Shown in pieces: positions 23,701 through 29,260 of a stretch of 64,000 bases of DNA. A program made the position numbers and the translations under genes. The notes beneath the pieces are model-generated. The model saw only the letters and a program-made list of their open reading frames with translations, was not told the origin of the DNA and did not search any database. Source of the DNA: an uncultured virus (IMG/VR IMGVR_UViG_3300025674_000018) (taxonomy: Duplodnaviria; Heunggongvirae; Uroviricota; Caudoviricetes; Kyanoviridae); the IMG/VR virus record IMGVR_UViG_3300025674_000018, one strand, 5' to 3'. Within the stretch, counting starts at the first letter, position 1. Each line of letters begins with the position of its first letter.

Positions 23701-26164
23701 AACTTATGGAAACCCAGACAACACAACTCCGATCCAAGGTGGAATTCTGAATGCTGACGTGCTGTATGGCACAACTTCTGATGTCCATGCTGAGATTTCT
23801 GCACAGTCGTTTAACACTGCTGTGATCAAAGAAACCTTCATGTATATCCGTCTCAGCAACCTTACAGATACTCAGGTTTCCACATTCGAGAATGGTGAGA
23901 GAATTCATCTTAGCGGTGACAATCTCTCAATCGGTCAAATTCTACAAGTCAATTACTATGACAACAATAGCTATGCGATTGTTAAAGTAATTGACAAGAC
24001 TGGCGGTGCTTGGGTCAATGGCAATGTCCTCGTGGGAGAAGATTCCCTCACAGAAGGCACCATTGAGGTTATGACTGATCGTATGTTGATCAACGTTGAT
24101 CTTGGTGATTATGCTAACGGTGACAAGATCTTCAAGAAAGCAGACAACACCGAAGCAGATATCGTCTTCTACAACAATAAGACAGGATCCATCATCAGTA
24201 ACGAAGGTGGTCGTGTTGTTATGGATGTTGAGACAATTCAGAGCAGTTGGGAAAGCAACGATATTATCTACGGTAGCCTCACTGACTACATTCTCAATGT
24301 CCAAGGCATTTATCAACCGAATGGCGTCATTGAAGTTAACGACATTATCCATGGCGTCGCTGTCTACGAATTGAATATTGCTTCTACATTTACTGAGGCT
24401 GGCATTGCTACAACTTTCAGACCTGGAGATGAGGTTAACCTGCTGCAAGGCACGGTTATCAAGAATCCTGGATTCACCGCTATCGTCACTAAGTATCAAC
24501 CATATGACGGCACCACAAATCCAGTCACACCTCACAAACTTTGGATTGCAAATATCCAACCTGTTGGATCTGGTGCTCCTGTTTCCGATCTGAATATCTC
24601 TGGCAATAACATCGGTAAGTTTGAAGTTGGCACAGCATTCCCGACAATCTACGCAACTGTTTCTAGTGTAACTGAGACCGCCTACCAATCTTATGGCAAG
24701 GTTGCTGCTGTTGAGCAGAATGGTATTACCGCTAGAATTTGGGTGGAGCAAGCAGTTGGTGTATTCACCAACAACATGAGCCTCAGAAGTGACGATGGTT
24801 GGGCTGCTGGTGTTACTACGGCATCAACTCTGACTGGCAGAGTCGATCGCTACTTCCGTGGATTTGATGGACAGCAAACTGACTTCTCTCTGTCTATCGA
24901 GAATGGTCAGGCATACTTCCCAGATCCTGCTGGTCACATGCTAATCTTCGTGAATGGTATCCTGCAACCCCCTGGAGCGGCGTATACAGCATTCTCCGAC
25001 CAGATTCAGTTTACCGAGCCACCCGAGATTGGATCCGAATTCATCGGTTACTATATCGGCAAACTCCGTCAACTCGATGATATCAGTTTTGAGTTTGACT
25101 CGCTGAAGTCTTCATTCAACCTGAAGTTGGATGGCATCTTCTACTCCCTGACACTGACAGAAGGTGTCTCTTCTGCCACCATCCTGCCAGAGAATAATAT
25201 CCTAATCTCTCTCAATGGTATCATCCAAGAGCCTGGTATTTCTTACGAAATTGTCGGATCTAGAATCATCTTCTCTGAAGTGCCTCGCGCTGGATCTACA
25301 TTCGTTGGATTCTCCTACATTGGATCCGACGCTGACGTGATCTCTGCAACGGTTGTGCCCCCGATTGAATCTGGAGACGAATTGGAAATTGAGGGTGAAG
25401 AATTCGCTCGTGAGGTCGCTCTGATCGAATCTTCCAACTCCTTGATTACCTTTGAATACACAGGATCGGTCAAGGGTCGTAATGCCGAAGCACTTTCCGA
25501 AATCACGCTGGGACAAGTCGTCACTGCTAGCATCACCAACCCTGGAGATGGATATACCTCGAAACCAAACGTTGAAATCATTTCCTCTACTGGTTTTGAT
25601 GCTCGCGTGACCCCGATGATGGGAGTCTCTAGAGTTGAAGTTAAATCTGGTGGTGTCGGATATGGTCTTCCTCTTGTGCAGGTCGAGACCACAGTCGCTG
25701 ATGATTTTGTAACTCCTGTGGGCGAGCCCGTGAATAACGGTCAGGACATTTACGCAGGTGAGGCAACCGATCCCGCTGGCAACCCAATCATCGTTGATGA
25801 AGGTCTGATTGCAATCCTCAGCAACCCCGTTAACGTGACAGTCAACCAAGGTCAGACTGCATCCTTCACCGTTGTGGGTGAATTTAGAAGGGCATCTGAT
25901 GGGGCGATAAATACAACTACATTGAATTACCAGTGGCAGAAGAAAGAATATGGTCAGACCTCATGGTCTAACATCGTTGGTGCCAACTCAGCAATCTTCA
26001 ACACAGGTATTACTACACAACAAGATGATGGTGATGAATATAGAGTCGCAATCACTGCAGCAGGCGCAACACCTGTTTACAGTTACTCTGCAATCCTGTC
26101 GGTCCAGATTGGCACGACAATAATCACCAACTTCAGTCCTGCTCAAATTTTTGACGACGCATGA
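5786..26164 (+). CDS. g7: Giant (6,792 aa) baseplate wedge initiator, gp7-like, multi-domain
   Basis: Lies between g6 and g8. gp7-type motifs: FPDFI..FLQEYY, IKNIRDFYLAKGT..FLFKILFGE, IQDSFFYQNFSY..HPAGFKMFG. Also contains GSGY repeats, a split YHYH-like domain, a beta-propeller-like region, two LamG-like domains, two CBM-like repeats, phycobiliprotein-like repeats and a C-terminal Ig-like domain. Confidence 0.85.
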   Translation: MSNLRVSDRVEQQFPDFIKSEDRQLIAFLQEYYKSQEKIGRPYSILNDLLHWLDVDTYTSDSLTSSTTVLQSVGLSDTEVVVEDINGYQETNGTLMIDNEILYYENTTRGPDAILTPGIAPYEFDKKKQFLENPYFQFDGVRRRFPLTYLGTPVSASSADHLIVSVYGETLVPGTDYSIDGTEIIFETAPRSPIGGDDEGFTSIIYLVGFADKVIVTMDNIPLSQWDQSKYYPLRVNGQPYTPISDVGLIVNRTGTVQRPFEQYNVYYDTLVMKYALGSSDTMQVRAVEFVPASFGTGASAVCNITNGQLSDILVKEGGSGYRLDFAPRVTIQTDTLGEYACAHSLVGGIKDITLIAGGQGYSSYNPPIPVVTSPNNEFGRQASVSLTIDDSTGQVSSIKITNSGSGYDFIPVIAFQNPGGALISDATIDSEGRLNVDSIQVTDPGRLYSNPPTVYIDPAPDGGINAQAECSLDSNGGLASVTIINRGRGYTTPPRCRIIDPIGAQVLDVTVASGAVTDIELLTGGKGYEDAPSVYIVDDRKDAYGEPIGGRGATAVATIFNGEITDINITNFGTGYSAQFPPKIYIAEPSAAKASVDVGFDEVTGFVIEESGRDYVPSSFNGVVRGVSSTVAYDSYGNQIFAKESDTRISNHPIGSVVRNLDAIFIYQLFEKFRKQYLPTIQLDPTKVNPTEVIKNIRDFYLAKGTALGAKFLFKILFGEEVEITYPKDQIISPSAATWVVDTILRTQVVSGNPRDLIDAEIVQYADEVDQDVKYASALVENAISIIKGDDEIYELVISEETLVGEFKIPYNTRLVEPLTTTDQIITVDSTIGWPERNGTFFIEENEEIQYKEKSLNQFIECTRSKNGVVEDWDPGSKISSNIFIYANFGQTNQVKMRVLGIAEAAGTILDDTGSYYLPGDKLNVAALGSDSPGEQRLESWFYNVKKLIQVANIEPGGLLQIATVTTEQPHGLLVEDTVTIYGANPVIYNGTFLVSSRIDDYTFSYRIDTPSTIVPVGNILLSVDLNRGKSTEESINKVVTEFTTNIQNSFFNNNYVYVAASGLPNYKIGPFTGSALIPGNQRKMIRIPRVVNTVSEREQIKPNSAIGAWVNGVSIWTYKSAEAILYGPLTGINVLNPGQNYDAGAPPVVLIEGGGGAGASASVTVNGSVESFEVTNGGSGYTSSPLISIVGGGGTGASGTAVVTNGVITRILVASAGSGFTSQPSITITGGGGTGATAIANIRGPIQSVTLLNPGSGYTSLPKVTVTSGEGALAQPIVLNGRIVSIATINSGRRYTTAPRVIINGDGFGAIAKASIATIGEDAGKVIGIEIINRGINYTQGNTTVRLEAVGEFATFEANVFAWNKNFEYELESKYDDARGYVFTGLNNQYGGEYAHLSDPKELRYVVGDNVFLNQETNRFQELETNYDHSPILGWAYDGNPIYGPYGYADPTDQNSGIRRLRTSYTLKDEIVFDALTNPSPQRIDGPLLAEYPAGSFVPDYEYIFQSGDLDQYNGRFCKTPEYPDGTYAYFVTIDSSDAGVPQFPYILGPAFNSLPDEWNLRQGATQENIPKDVVRYRVPFVEVDIDVERQPNQESDVLTTEIEGYPIIFETQDSNEDGIIDALEQQEVLEMTEEATLQIYDYFPKVSAQSKVDIDIETVTQFETAQIDGFVIENPGESYQVNDTIFFDNTGTGGFGASGIIDSIKGVAITSYTKEIIGDRPYGVITTSENHDLIAGDEIIVNSEPIISNTNKTFKVKVVSGIESVTVDQEGTGYTQVIPPTYELISDTGKDAEFEINLDSAGVAGSFNIINSGNGFDINNPPQIRVSHPQSFTKTRYWLSEYINDGGTLQIHDSLMTSRREYYICGSLEETADDDMLGILAKFDANGDVLWVRTLLPNNAGTKRMEFVALYVDDTEENDAIYVAGQTYDPVSTAYNPDVWFGKYISERDAQNAPTGTLQWQKSIAGISGATRRDYVQDIYLDQNKSIYLVGHTDTQALDPNDIWVIQSNNDGDIREKRKIASPGGDETITQIKWIANDRFFFTGVNFDEDNLIYGEFFFDGANIEVDYVKQIPPIGGGYVRNPKFDIDEYGDVFIIWDVYNNASGKFEKIQFGKFTLSQVQETSPWKFIKTMTPQGDFQSINVTGLHVDVFGNIVITTALDYAEDRKVTTIHSLKFDGTLQQQSIIENTDQIGSRNKTSVVDNSGDIIVINERLVPEQFAVFRFDDENDEGYDTTKRNIGTYSTALPGNADIDTSIYRFGTGSLKLDAPNRAFYEGIDSSSLNWTVAGWFNMSTGQYAALNTTPIFFDVLEIDGSSGAQLRVNGINGDADEGKMELSINGAQVSVSTSTTNYTAFGSNAWVHIALVKENVAVGVWDFTVFVNGNPQLTYQSLIDVNMGDVGIGGDATQTSSLCFIGNIDDVVISSKAEFPDGASFVLPTTQFTVTSIESDIVAVKIDRSHASVRNAYTLTEATNHTNLTISEFTAATWTTVTSQPAIDQWDLGAGGLQLLDFSDAPSLYTTIQTYVWTNTKQTLGSKSSTIPVKNGKKMFVTPNVIPKFYIKDANYSKIDNIYEFTLNQNAKFTKGALLQQVNDSGVVQAYGTIVDVPEGTVNDPGLGNTYRVGKIFGTFNDTDLFQSDNPQDINTLSGKFVGIEDENLWQTATAYATGDRVYYAQKIYEAQAGGTSGVNPPTHTTGATSDGSITWVFIRTAGEFVIDIQEEPYPRPQYLGQDMERWDSHVLYPVGYKVFWKRNIYQASVAGTSGTTPPVHLSGDASDGGVTWTWVSTESALSDYARFLGFDAGANYQVKIIETQPSSAYIPGDVIALSSANVTVDDQGLDKEKILTISGLPSVKKVEVTCTLKKDIKRTNNALTDLIYATSVTPHNYVVNEVLFTEGFTADEFNGSFFVQEIFGSREFIFKIRGTATGEPQFSNGSIGNVRIYAKHPTLVFIRNHQYIFDVSDGSNFGYYLSFAQDNQYKLEYSFNNIIRVGTPGVAGVSISPYVKFSAIGNVTNISYYFDPSRVGVNSPVGANSFVDVIKTPFDGTFKISQVTSQTEFKFPLETEPETTQAEIQDDQFGNPYSYYSTTSVKAIGPINTIKLVSPGGFYQKLPVVADIASYRQIERIEIIDGGTEYQPGVYYQVPINGDGEGGLATITVTLDDETGSGAISATSVSDPGKGYTTASIDVDGIPGILGPTLAGSGAALNVVIPQEGSGASVFLTGKNIGKIKRLKNNEFGFGYSHDYTLRPEISFPVNLQLFNTSILTEIKITDPGSGYTSPPAVVISGGGGTGAEAVAIVKNNRLNEIQIKNPGAGYSSEPVVTLKSEFNYVVNLDLNYLQFNFPHGITTGAEVQLRADDIGNTVGILPKPSSVGLTQLVEGQIYYAIADGLDSDQLRFALTPESAGAGDFITFLTQGEGRQTLLTEVFGGRAEAVVATSRFLSGEKIYQGSSPELASATGYVSTNTGWQSGPKILKIVNYQGNFVAGEKVTGEVSKASGIIDNLSIAKGVLNIDSLTQTPGRFIDDVGKPSEIIQKIQDSFFYQNFSYVISSEIPITKWKKQMLDNNHPAGFKMFGQLQLTGGKDVSGRRVGTEFIKQVNINEYSNVNQITSFGAAEPVYTDYNNTEVLFRNRRLTSSEEILTSIVKKIDDISGDFDGVAKAFPITVEGEQVIVNDNQLMITLNGVIQSPQTAYTVVGGQIVFDEPPKAASQVRYRTIRVATVPVYRINLVNPQGIFPTIGQQVRGDFSDAYATVVDSGTFHLDVINITDGPFQISELIKRTTLFSAIVDSVVLLNTEGIYKFGESITNFEGDTAIVESTNIDENGDLTDTLLVSKTSGTAKYETGIFDLKLNEYIYSATSKIVSQIIFISPYLDPNNGQPVDTLIINAGSTFFGLIYERLVAIQNPNIILDDISQSSITPVEIYNPETRINEDFLDFEQIRSTEIEYENLQGGVFAKGDELRNRSLFYSNVRTNATPRAFDAARLIRLNKDEIVDRAERWIAVIHPDFYYPGDVQTNPLSRYKDATRIIFKNLDKIVLNAYDDMKTQYPGTLAGDKDGYLADIRLWTECMALDLHSGGNQYALKWINEYFSNNAISYDRVTAELIYMLGKAKEYVDASITNNYGGLWTAVNSADQAIGYVDESLTADQSPGDPYGTPGSNTSNNDPESCSDVRAAVTTIWTWQDESLTAGNLNDAPEESKPSFTINQDKCRRDIGYFVDAIANDVGSNGEFNSQFFAENYFDETGEYLLNGLYGEVPESITALNKARDMMYYAMNNLMFVKDLEVLHDPTTYGGAAPGHTYDTNYANGNNQSLTNCLDIQQTVRELANIVTTSLSAENTHNLTGAISYTSEGLGGPKIVGLYADPVAAYGGAHNGEYIDAADLLLRNKEMVAAEALFVYKTANPGFTVSPGNDSDCIDDIKDVIEAIAYDMKYGGNSRVYDAGTYSIAYDNSTATAQQVTDIYAEVSTIAQDVIRNSATSHAVSNLTGNTFTVAAPIVTLQPGDSFTYVGSGKVSTATTTHNVMSATYDEVNGTITLTVDGTVGFGNGSQVILQHLHFTHDEGDYFYPRVSITGVHGKKQFFNTTITPDQSLTPCNTQTSLFQTLLSVYTLSYTNGNMSHATRTAPTEYIITDGGYQTGEVIRVTKFAYKGADGGNKLFFADEVLKGMTSGGSAIIKGANSGLKWIYTGNVTGTFQIGEYITNSTLEVNSVNLSNIVYDSTILNNTSSYEFVVGGSSYIREATRTYDFGFENGSFTFEGRFRFNNFNGTKTLFDNSLDAVDTLGCDLTVGNSGNNITLSQNGVTVVQTTTAAMATDTWYHIAVAKDVTTSTIRIFLNGAEVASAVDNNNYGISQEMHIGADAAGANNFEGYLDNICVRKGYADFTAAFTVATSVDFTRLGVVLGLNAQQPIIVGTGDVYATLEDTNLSSATLGAIDYEAKRITIEEVDLGDQLARDAADIINLNRAWIAEEAVGIMQAHYPDFNIPGDYQGGLDGTNICIRDTKDYIIPAIVSDLRDGGNYNVIVNSRFYRNKGGDLKFIGNELLQTLYAWREVVKLCQYVISTSDTDLTGTYTTKLRVPHSLSGTSAVESRLDTLGDTIADELAPTGHRFRNAGDLIWKNRDYIAEETVGHIENLYTISLGGNNVQTLIIPDRSACIRDLKEYILPAIIGDLATGGNYQTQAAIDFYLNSDNEILFITNELQPMLDAFEFAKTLCEKAVNNLLLSPGETAAEQGAAAIYQDEYYTAVYTNRSAYRDSDVTLDPKQYDQTRSQSDRYVDAANMIERNKHIIAKEAVGMMNDLSKFADFQVPGGQQNCIDDVVGILDALVHDIRFGGNAEIYEAGKLYIREDGFLSHIEGEEEATKTVFKFARDMAILTIRNGFGRFNIDGHNDSSYTFESYERNGASDNRIAAARSIEENVRFIAEEAVLRGVAQYPSLTIPGGNINCVHDVADVIYWMSWNLQNGGDNMMVTSAEFYISQGNLQHITSQSTESIWIFNTARDIAKQIYQGGNPTVSPGNTYSVKAIDTAISDTDVDTEVNALIQVVTDTIADPSGGDLVTYPKSAATYTGSLPNIWPCKYSGDLPIRDLDVTWDFSVGGSGSADWNQACATQAGAITTLMDILVQGVNEGIAGNGLNYYGSTVTKVDGTYIAPTEYNMGSCYDVRQAINTLFDLYMTAFASGTNSNKVDARLIHFNREAIKKRAYDQTVTFYPAYAGDADFADQVIDAVIYDIITKGNNAAFDKLSTWFDGDGNFIVYTNVTRTHLIYHLTRIREYVKSIIYSPTSAGWQPYITTPGIYIPPNRPEWDQESTEYDMDSSINPFEYALERSQFPTETKTTFVPSTDVVNLSTTYDEGYDWNTDPQLVVLTPTVPVGYDRAEYRVRINRANFFRRGDVVQYIPTSGNLLSGINQTYYYILNADSTFFEIGEYSTHDARYQPFALDTSDTNEHLFQVVVRSGIVRETTTYGNPDNTTPIQGGILNADVLYGTTSDVHAEISAQSFNTAVIKETFMYIRLSNLTDTQVSTFENGERIHLSGDNLSIGQILQVNYYDNNSYAIVKVIDKTGGAWVNGNVLVGEDSLTEGTIEVMTDRMLINVDLGDYANGDKIFKKADNTEADIVFYNNKTGSIISNEGGRVVMDVETIQSSWESNDIIYGSLTDYILNVQGIYQPNGVIEVNDIIHGVAVYELNIASTFTEAGIATTFRPGDEVNLLQGTVIKNPGFTAIVTKYQPYDGTTNPVTPHKLWIANIQPVGSGAPVSDLNISGNNIGKFEVGTAFPTIYATVSSVTETAYQSYGKVAAVEQNGITARIWVEQAVGVFTNNMSLRSDDGWAAGVTTASTLTGRVDRYFRGFDGQQTDFSLSIENGQAYFPDPAGHMLIFVNGILQPPGAAYTAFSDQIQFTEPPEIGSEFIGYYIGKLRQLDDISFEFDSLKSSFNLKLDGIFYSLTLTEGVSSATILPENNILISLNGIIQEPGISYEIVGSRIIFSEVPRAGSTFVGFSYIGSDADVISATVVPPIESGDELEIEGEEFAREVALIESSNSLITFEYTGSVKGRNAEALSEITLGQVVTASITNPGDGYTSKPNVEIISSTGFDARVTPMMGVSRVEVKSGGVGYGLPLVQVETTVADDFVTPVGEPVNNGQDIYAGEATDPAGNPIIVDEGLIAILSNPVNVTVNQGQTASFTVVGEFRRASDGAINTTTLNYQWQKKEYGQTSWSNIVGANSAIFNTGITTQQDDGDEYRVAITAAGATPVYSYSAILSVQIGTTIITNFSPAQIFDDA
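17735..23140 (+). repeat. About 8 phycobiliprotein/globin-like protein repeats within g7
   Basis: Recurring pattern R..DA..LI..N...IA.EA......P....PGG...C.xD......A...D...GGN, with Cys codons at 18431, 19049, 20798, 21272, 21752 and 22145. Confidence 0.75.
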
Positions 26165-27759
26165 CCGCAACCGCAATCTACGAATCAGCAGATAGGACGC
26201 TAACCGTTACGGGAGATGGATTGCCAACTCCCGTATCCTACGGCACTTTCCCGAATCAAAACAATCCAAATTCTGTAACAGAGCAGGATTTCGAGCATAC
26301 GTTTTTATATCGGGGCGGTCAGTTTGGGACACCTAGGCAGTTTGATGATAATGTATTTTCTCAAACTGGATTCGTCATCTCGATCAATATATCCCTCGCT
26401 GATAATGCTCTCTTCTCTAGTGGACTAATTGTCCCTGGAGATAATTTGCTTTTTGTATTTTCCGATGGAAGGAAGCAAAAGTTTATTTTTAGAGGACCAG
26501 TATTCACGTCTATTGCTGGGGAGTGTTGGTTAGCACAAGATGATCGTTTAGACCTTATTGTTGCCGATCCACAAACTATTGCATATGGAGAAGGAAGGAC
26601 TTACACATACTATGACCAGAGAAACGGTCGCACGGCAACTCCACTGGGCGCAATTGGCATTGCTGCTAATGGTGTTGTTTTCTTTAACCCCAGTGCTGGA
26701 AATGGTGGTAATCCTCCTGTGGGGTTTAACTGGAATGCTCACTTTGAGGGATCGCCAGTAGATTTTGGTGATGATTCCTGTGGCGGACACCCAGAGCAAA
26801 CTGGTCAGTATCACTACCATGACACGCATTTCCTCGACTGCTGGAAAGCGAATGCTGCCATGGCAAATTACAACGACTACTACGGTGGTAGTCAGTTTAA
26901 TGGCGACAACCTAAGACATCCAGACGGTCATTCAAAACTTGTCGGATTTGCCTTTGATGGATTCCCCATCTACGGACCTTATGGTTATGACGATCCTTGG
27001 GAAGCAACGCAAAATACAAGGCAAATGCTTTCACAGTATCGCACAAGAAATATTGAGGTTGATGGGAGACCTGATTACGGTAACACACCACAAAACCCAC
27101 CTGCAGGGTCTCTGATGCAGGACTGGGAGTATATTGAGGGTCTCGGTGACCTAGATTATCATAATGGCAGATTTTGCGTCACCCCAGAATTTCCCAATGG
27201 CACATATGCATACTTCCTTTCTACCCAGGAATCTGATGTAGATCATCCAGCATTTCCATACATGATTGGATCTAGCCTAAGGGAAACCATCGACCAACCT
27301 GCAAACAATGGTGCTGCTGCACCCGCTCCTCCGCCGTCAGGTGGTGATGGGGAAGCACCAGCCCCACCGACTCTGCAGATTACAGCACAACCCCAAAACG
27401 TATCTGCAAACTCTGGTCAGTCAGTTACATTCAGCATCTCGGCACAAATCCTGCCAGAAAACGGTCCTATCAGTTATCGCTGGTATAGATCGACAGATGG
27501 TGGTTTTGCGTATGCTCAAGTTACTGGTGCAACCAGCAATAGTCTCACCTTTACTGCCCTGGCATATATGTCTGGGTATAGATATAAGTGTGAGATTAGA
27601 GGTCCCGTTGGTGCTCCTACCCCAGCTGAAAACTCACCTCTGATGTCAGATGTTGCAACATTAACAGTCTTGGGTGGTGGTCCTGGTCAGACTGGTGCTG
27701 ATCTGTCCTTCACGTCTTCAACATTCGACTCCACGACACAAACCTTTGATGGCACCTAA
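26161..27759 (+). CDS. YHYH-domain protein with C-terminal Ig-like domain (likely virion-associated)
   Basis: GAIGIAANGV, GGHPEQTGQYHYH, HSKLVGFAFDGFPIYGPYG, DLDYHNGRFCVTPEFPNGTYAYF; then a Pro-rich linker and ITAQPQNVSANSGQSVTF..YRWY..YKC (Ig-like). Confidence 0.85.
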   Translation: MTATAIYESADRTLTVTGDGLPTPVSYGTFPNQNNPNSVTEQDFEHTFLYRGGQFGTPRQFDDNVFSQTGFVISINISLADNALFSSGLIVPGDNLLFVFSDGRKQKFIFRGPVFTSIAGECWLAQDDRLDLIVADPQTIAYGEGRTYTYYDQRNGRTATPLGAIGIAANGVVFFNPSAGNGGNPPVGFNWNAHFEGSPVDFGDDSCGGHPEQTGQYHYHDTHFLDCWKANAAMANYNDYYGGSQFNGDNLRHPDGHSKLVGFAFDGFPIYGPYGYDDPWEATQNTRQMLSQYRTRNIEVDGRPDYGNTPQNPPAGSLMQDWEYIEGLGDLDYHNGRFCVTPEFPNGTYAYFLSTQESDVDHPAFPYMIGSSLRETIDQPANNGAAAPAPPPSGGDGEAPAPPTLQITAQPQNVSANSGQSVTFSISAQILPENGPISYRWYRSTDGGFAYAQVTGATSNSLTFTALAYMSGYRYKCEIRGPVGAPTPAENSPLMSDVATLTVLGGGPGQTGADLSFTSSTFDSTTQTFDGT

Positions 27760-27762
27760 ATA
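27755..27762 (+). promoter_or_regulatory. Late promoter-like CCTAAATA
   Basis: TAAATA core 22 nt upstream of the ORF at 27785. Confidence 0.55.
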
Positions 27763-27784
27763 ACACTGTAGAAAACTACCTCCC

Positions 27785-29260
27785 ATGGCAAAGCAAAATC
27801 TTAACGTTGGATCTGCCGCTAATGACGGCACAGGTGATACTCTACGAGACGGTGCGATTAAAATCAATTCCGTTATCGATGAAATCTATACTTCATTAGG
27901 AAACGACACCAATCTCCAAATCAATATCAATGCACCTTTGGCAGGTCAGGTGTTGCGTTGGAATGGATCTGTCTTTGCTGAGGGTCATCTCGATCGACTC
28001 AGTGCAGACCTCAATGTTGGGGAATTCAAAGTTGTCTCGGAAGACAATGGAAATATTGTCATTGAGCCCAATGGCGTCGGGGACATCGATCTCAAGGCAG
28101 GTAGTCAGGGTAGCAGAAAGGTATATATCGATGGTCAAGACGGTTATCTAAAATATGTTGGTGACTATGAAAACGTAGCAGCACTGCCTACTGCTGGCGA
28201 TCACCATGGTATGTTTGCCCATGCACATGATCCTGGTAATGGTTATTTTGCTCACGGTGGGCAGTGGATTAGAATTCTCGATTCCAGAGATGGCATTTCA
28301 ATCCTTGCCGACGTTGACACAACCGTCAATGGTGGTCCTTCCGATGGTCAAGTCCTTAAGTGGAATGATACCAATGGTGCATGGGAGCCTGCCAACGATG
28401 CTACGGGCGAAGGCGGCGCAGCAGCTAGTCCAAACTTATTTGAGACCATTGATGCAGACACTGGCACCACAACTGCCTCGGCTCCAAACGATACCTTAAT
28501 TATTGCAGGTGGCACAAACATCTCCACATCCATCACTGGAGATACTCTGACAATTGACATGACGGGTGCTCTGGGAGATCCAGATCAAAACTTATTTGCA
28601 ACAATCGGTGCCGATAATGGCAGCAGAAATGCAACGGTCACCAATGACACTATTAACTTTGTTGGCGGTAGTGGCATTAGCACCAATCTGAATGCCAACA
28701 ACCTGACAATCACTAACGACTCACCCAACGTCGTGCAGAATGTCCTGCAAACCATCAACGACTCTCAGGGTGGATCTTACACTGCTACCAGTGCTACAGA
28801 TGAGTTTACAATTACTGGCAGCACAACGATCACAACGCAACTTGCAGGATCAACTCTGACCATTGATCAGGCAACTGCATTCAAACTACCCGCAGCATCT
28901 CAAGGTGATAATATCATTTACGGTGTTAACCAATGGGATACTGTTGACTCCCCTGCAAGTAACATTATATTCAGTGCCACTGGAAGCTCCGAATACATTC
29001 TGACTGGTGCTGGATTCTCTGGTCAGGCAGACCCCACGATCTATGTCTATCGTGGATTTACTTATAGATTCCAAAATAATGCTACTAGCCATCCTCTAGA
29101 GATTCGCGTCTCGAATGGTGGATCCGCAGTATCTGGTGTTACTGGAAACCAGATGGGTGTCCAGTTATGGACTGTGCCTCAGTCGCTTGCTGCTGGCACA
29201 ACGTATGTTTATCAATGCACAAGCCATCCCCTGATGGTCGGTAATATCGTAGTCGTCTAA
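27785..29260 (+). CDS. gp9/gp10-like baseplate/fibre-connector protein with C-terminal cupredoxin-like domain
   Basis: The N-terminus MAKQNLNVGSAANDGTGDTLRDGAIKIN is the T4 gp9/gp10 motif; the C-terminus has HP...YQCTSHPLM. Confidence 0.8.
   Translation: MAKQNLNVGSAANDGTGDTLRDGAIKINSVIDEIYTSLGNDTNLQININAPLAGQVLRWNGSVFAEGHLDRLSADLNVGEFKVVSEDNGNIVIEPNGVGDIDLKAGSQGSRKVYIDGQDGYLKYVGDYENVAALPTAGDHHGMFAHAHDPGNGYFAHGGQWIRILDSRDGISILADVDTTVNGGPSDGQVLKWNDTNGAWEPANDATGEGGAAASPNLFETIDADTGTTTASAPNDTLIIAGGTNISTSITGDTLTIDMTGALGDPDQNLFATIGADNGSRNATVTNDTINFVGGSGISTNLNANNLTITNDSPNVVQNVLQTINDSQGGSYTATSATDEFTITGSTTITTQLAGSTLTIDQATAFKLPAASQGDNIIYGVNQWDTVDSPASNIIFSATGSSEYILTGAGFSGQADPTIYVYRGFTYRFQNNATSHPLEIRVSNGGSAVSGVTGNQMGVQLWTVPQSLAAGTTYVYQCTSHPLMVGNIVVV

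Noticed and set aside
21866..24751. Long minus-strand ORFs within g7 (370, 255, 269 aa), and similar ones in the fibre gene (313, 397 aa)
   Set aside because: Same antisense shadow effect; no promoters, ribosome-binding sites or recognisable domains.
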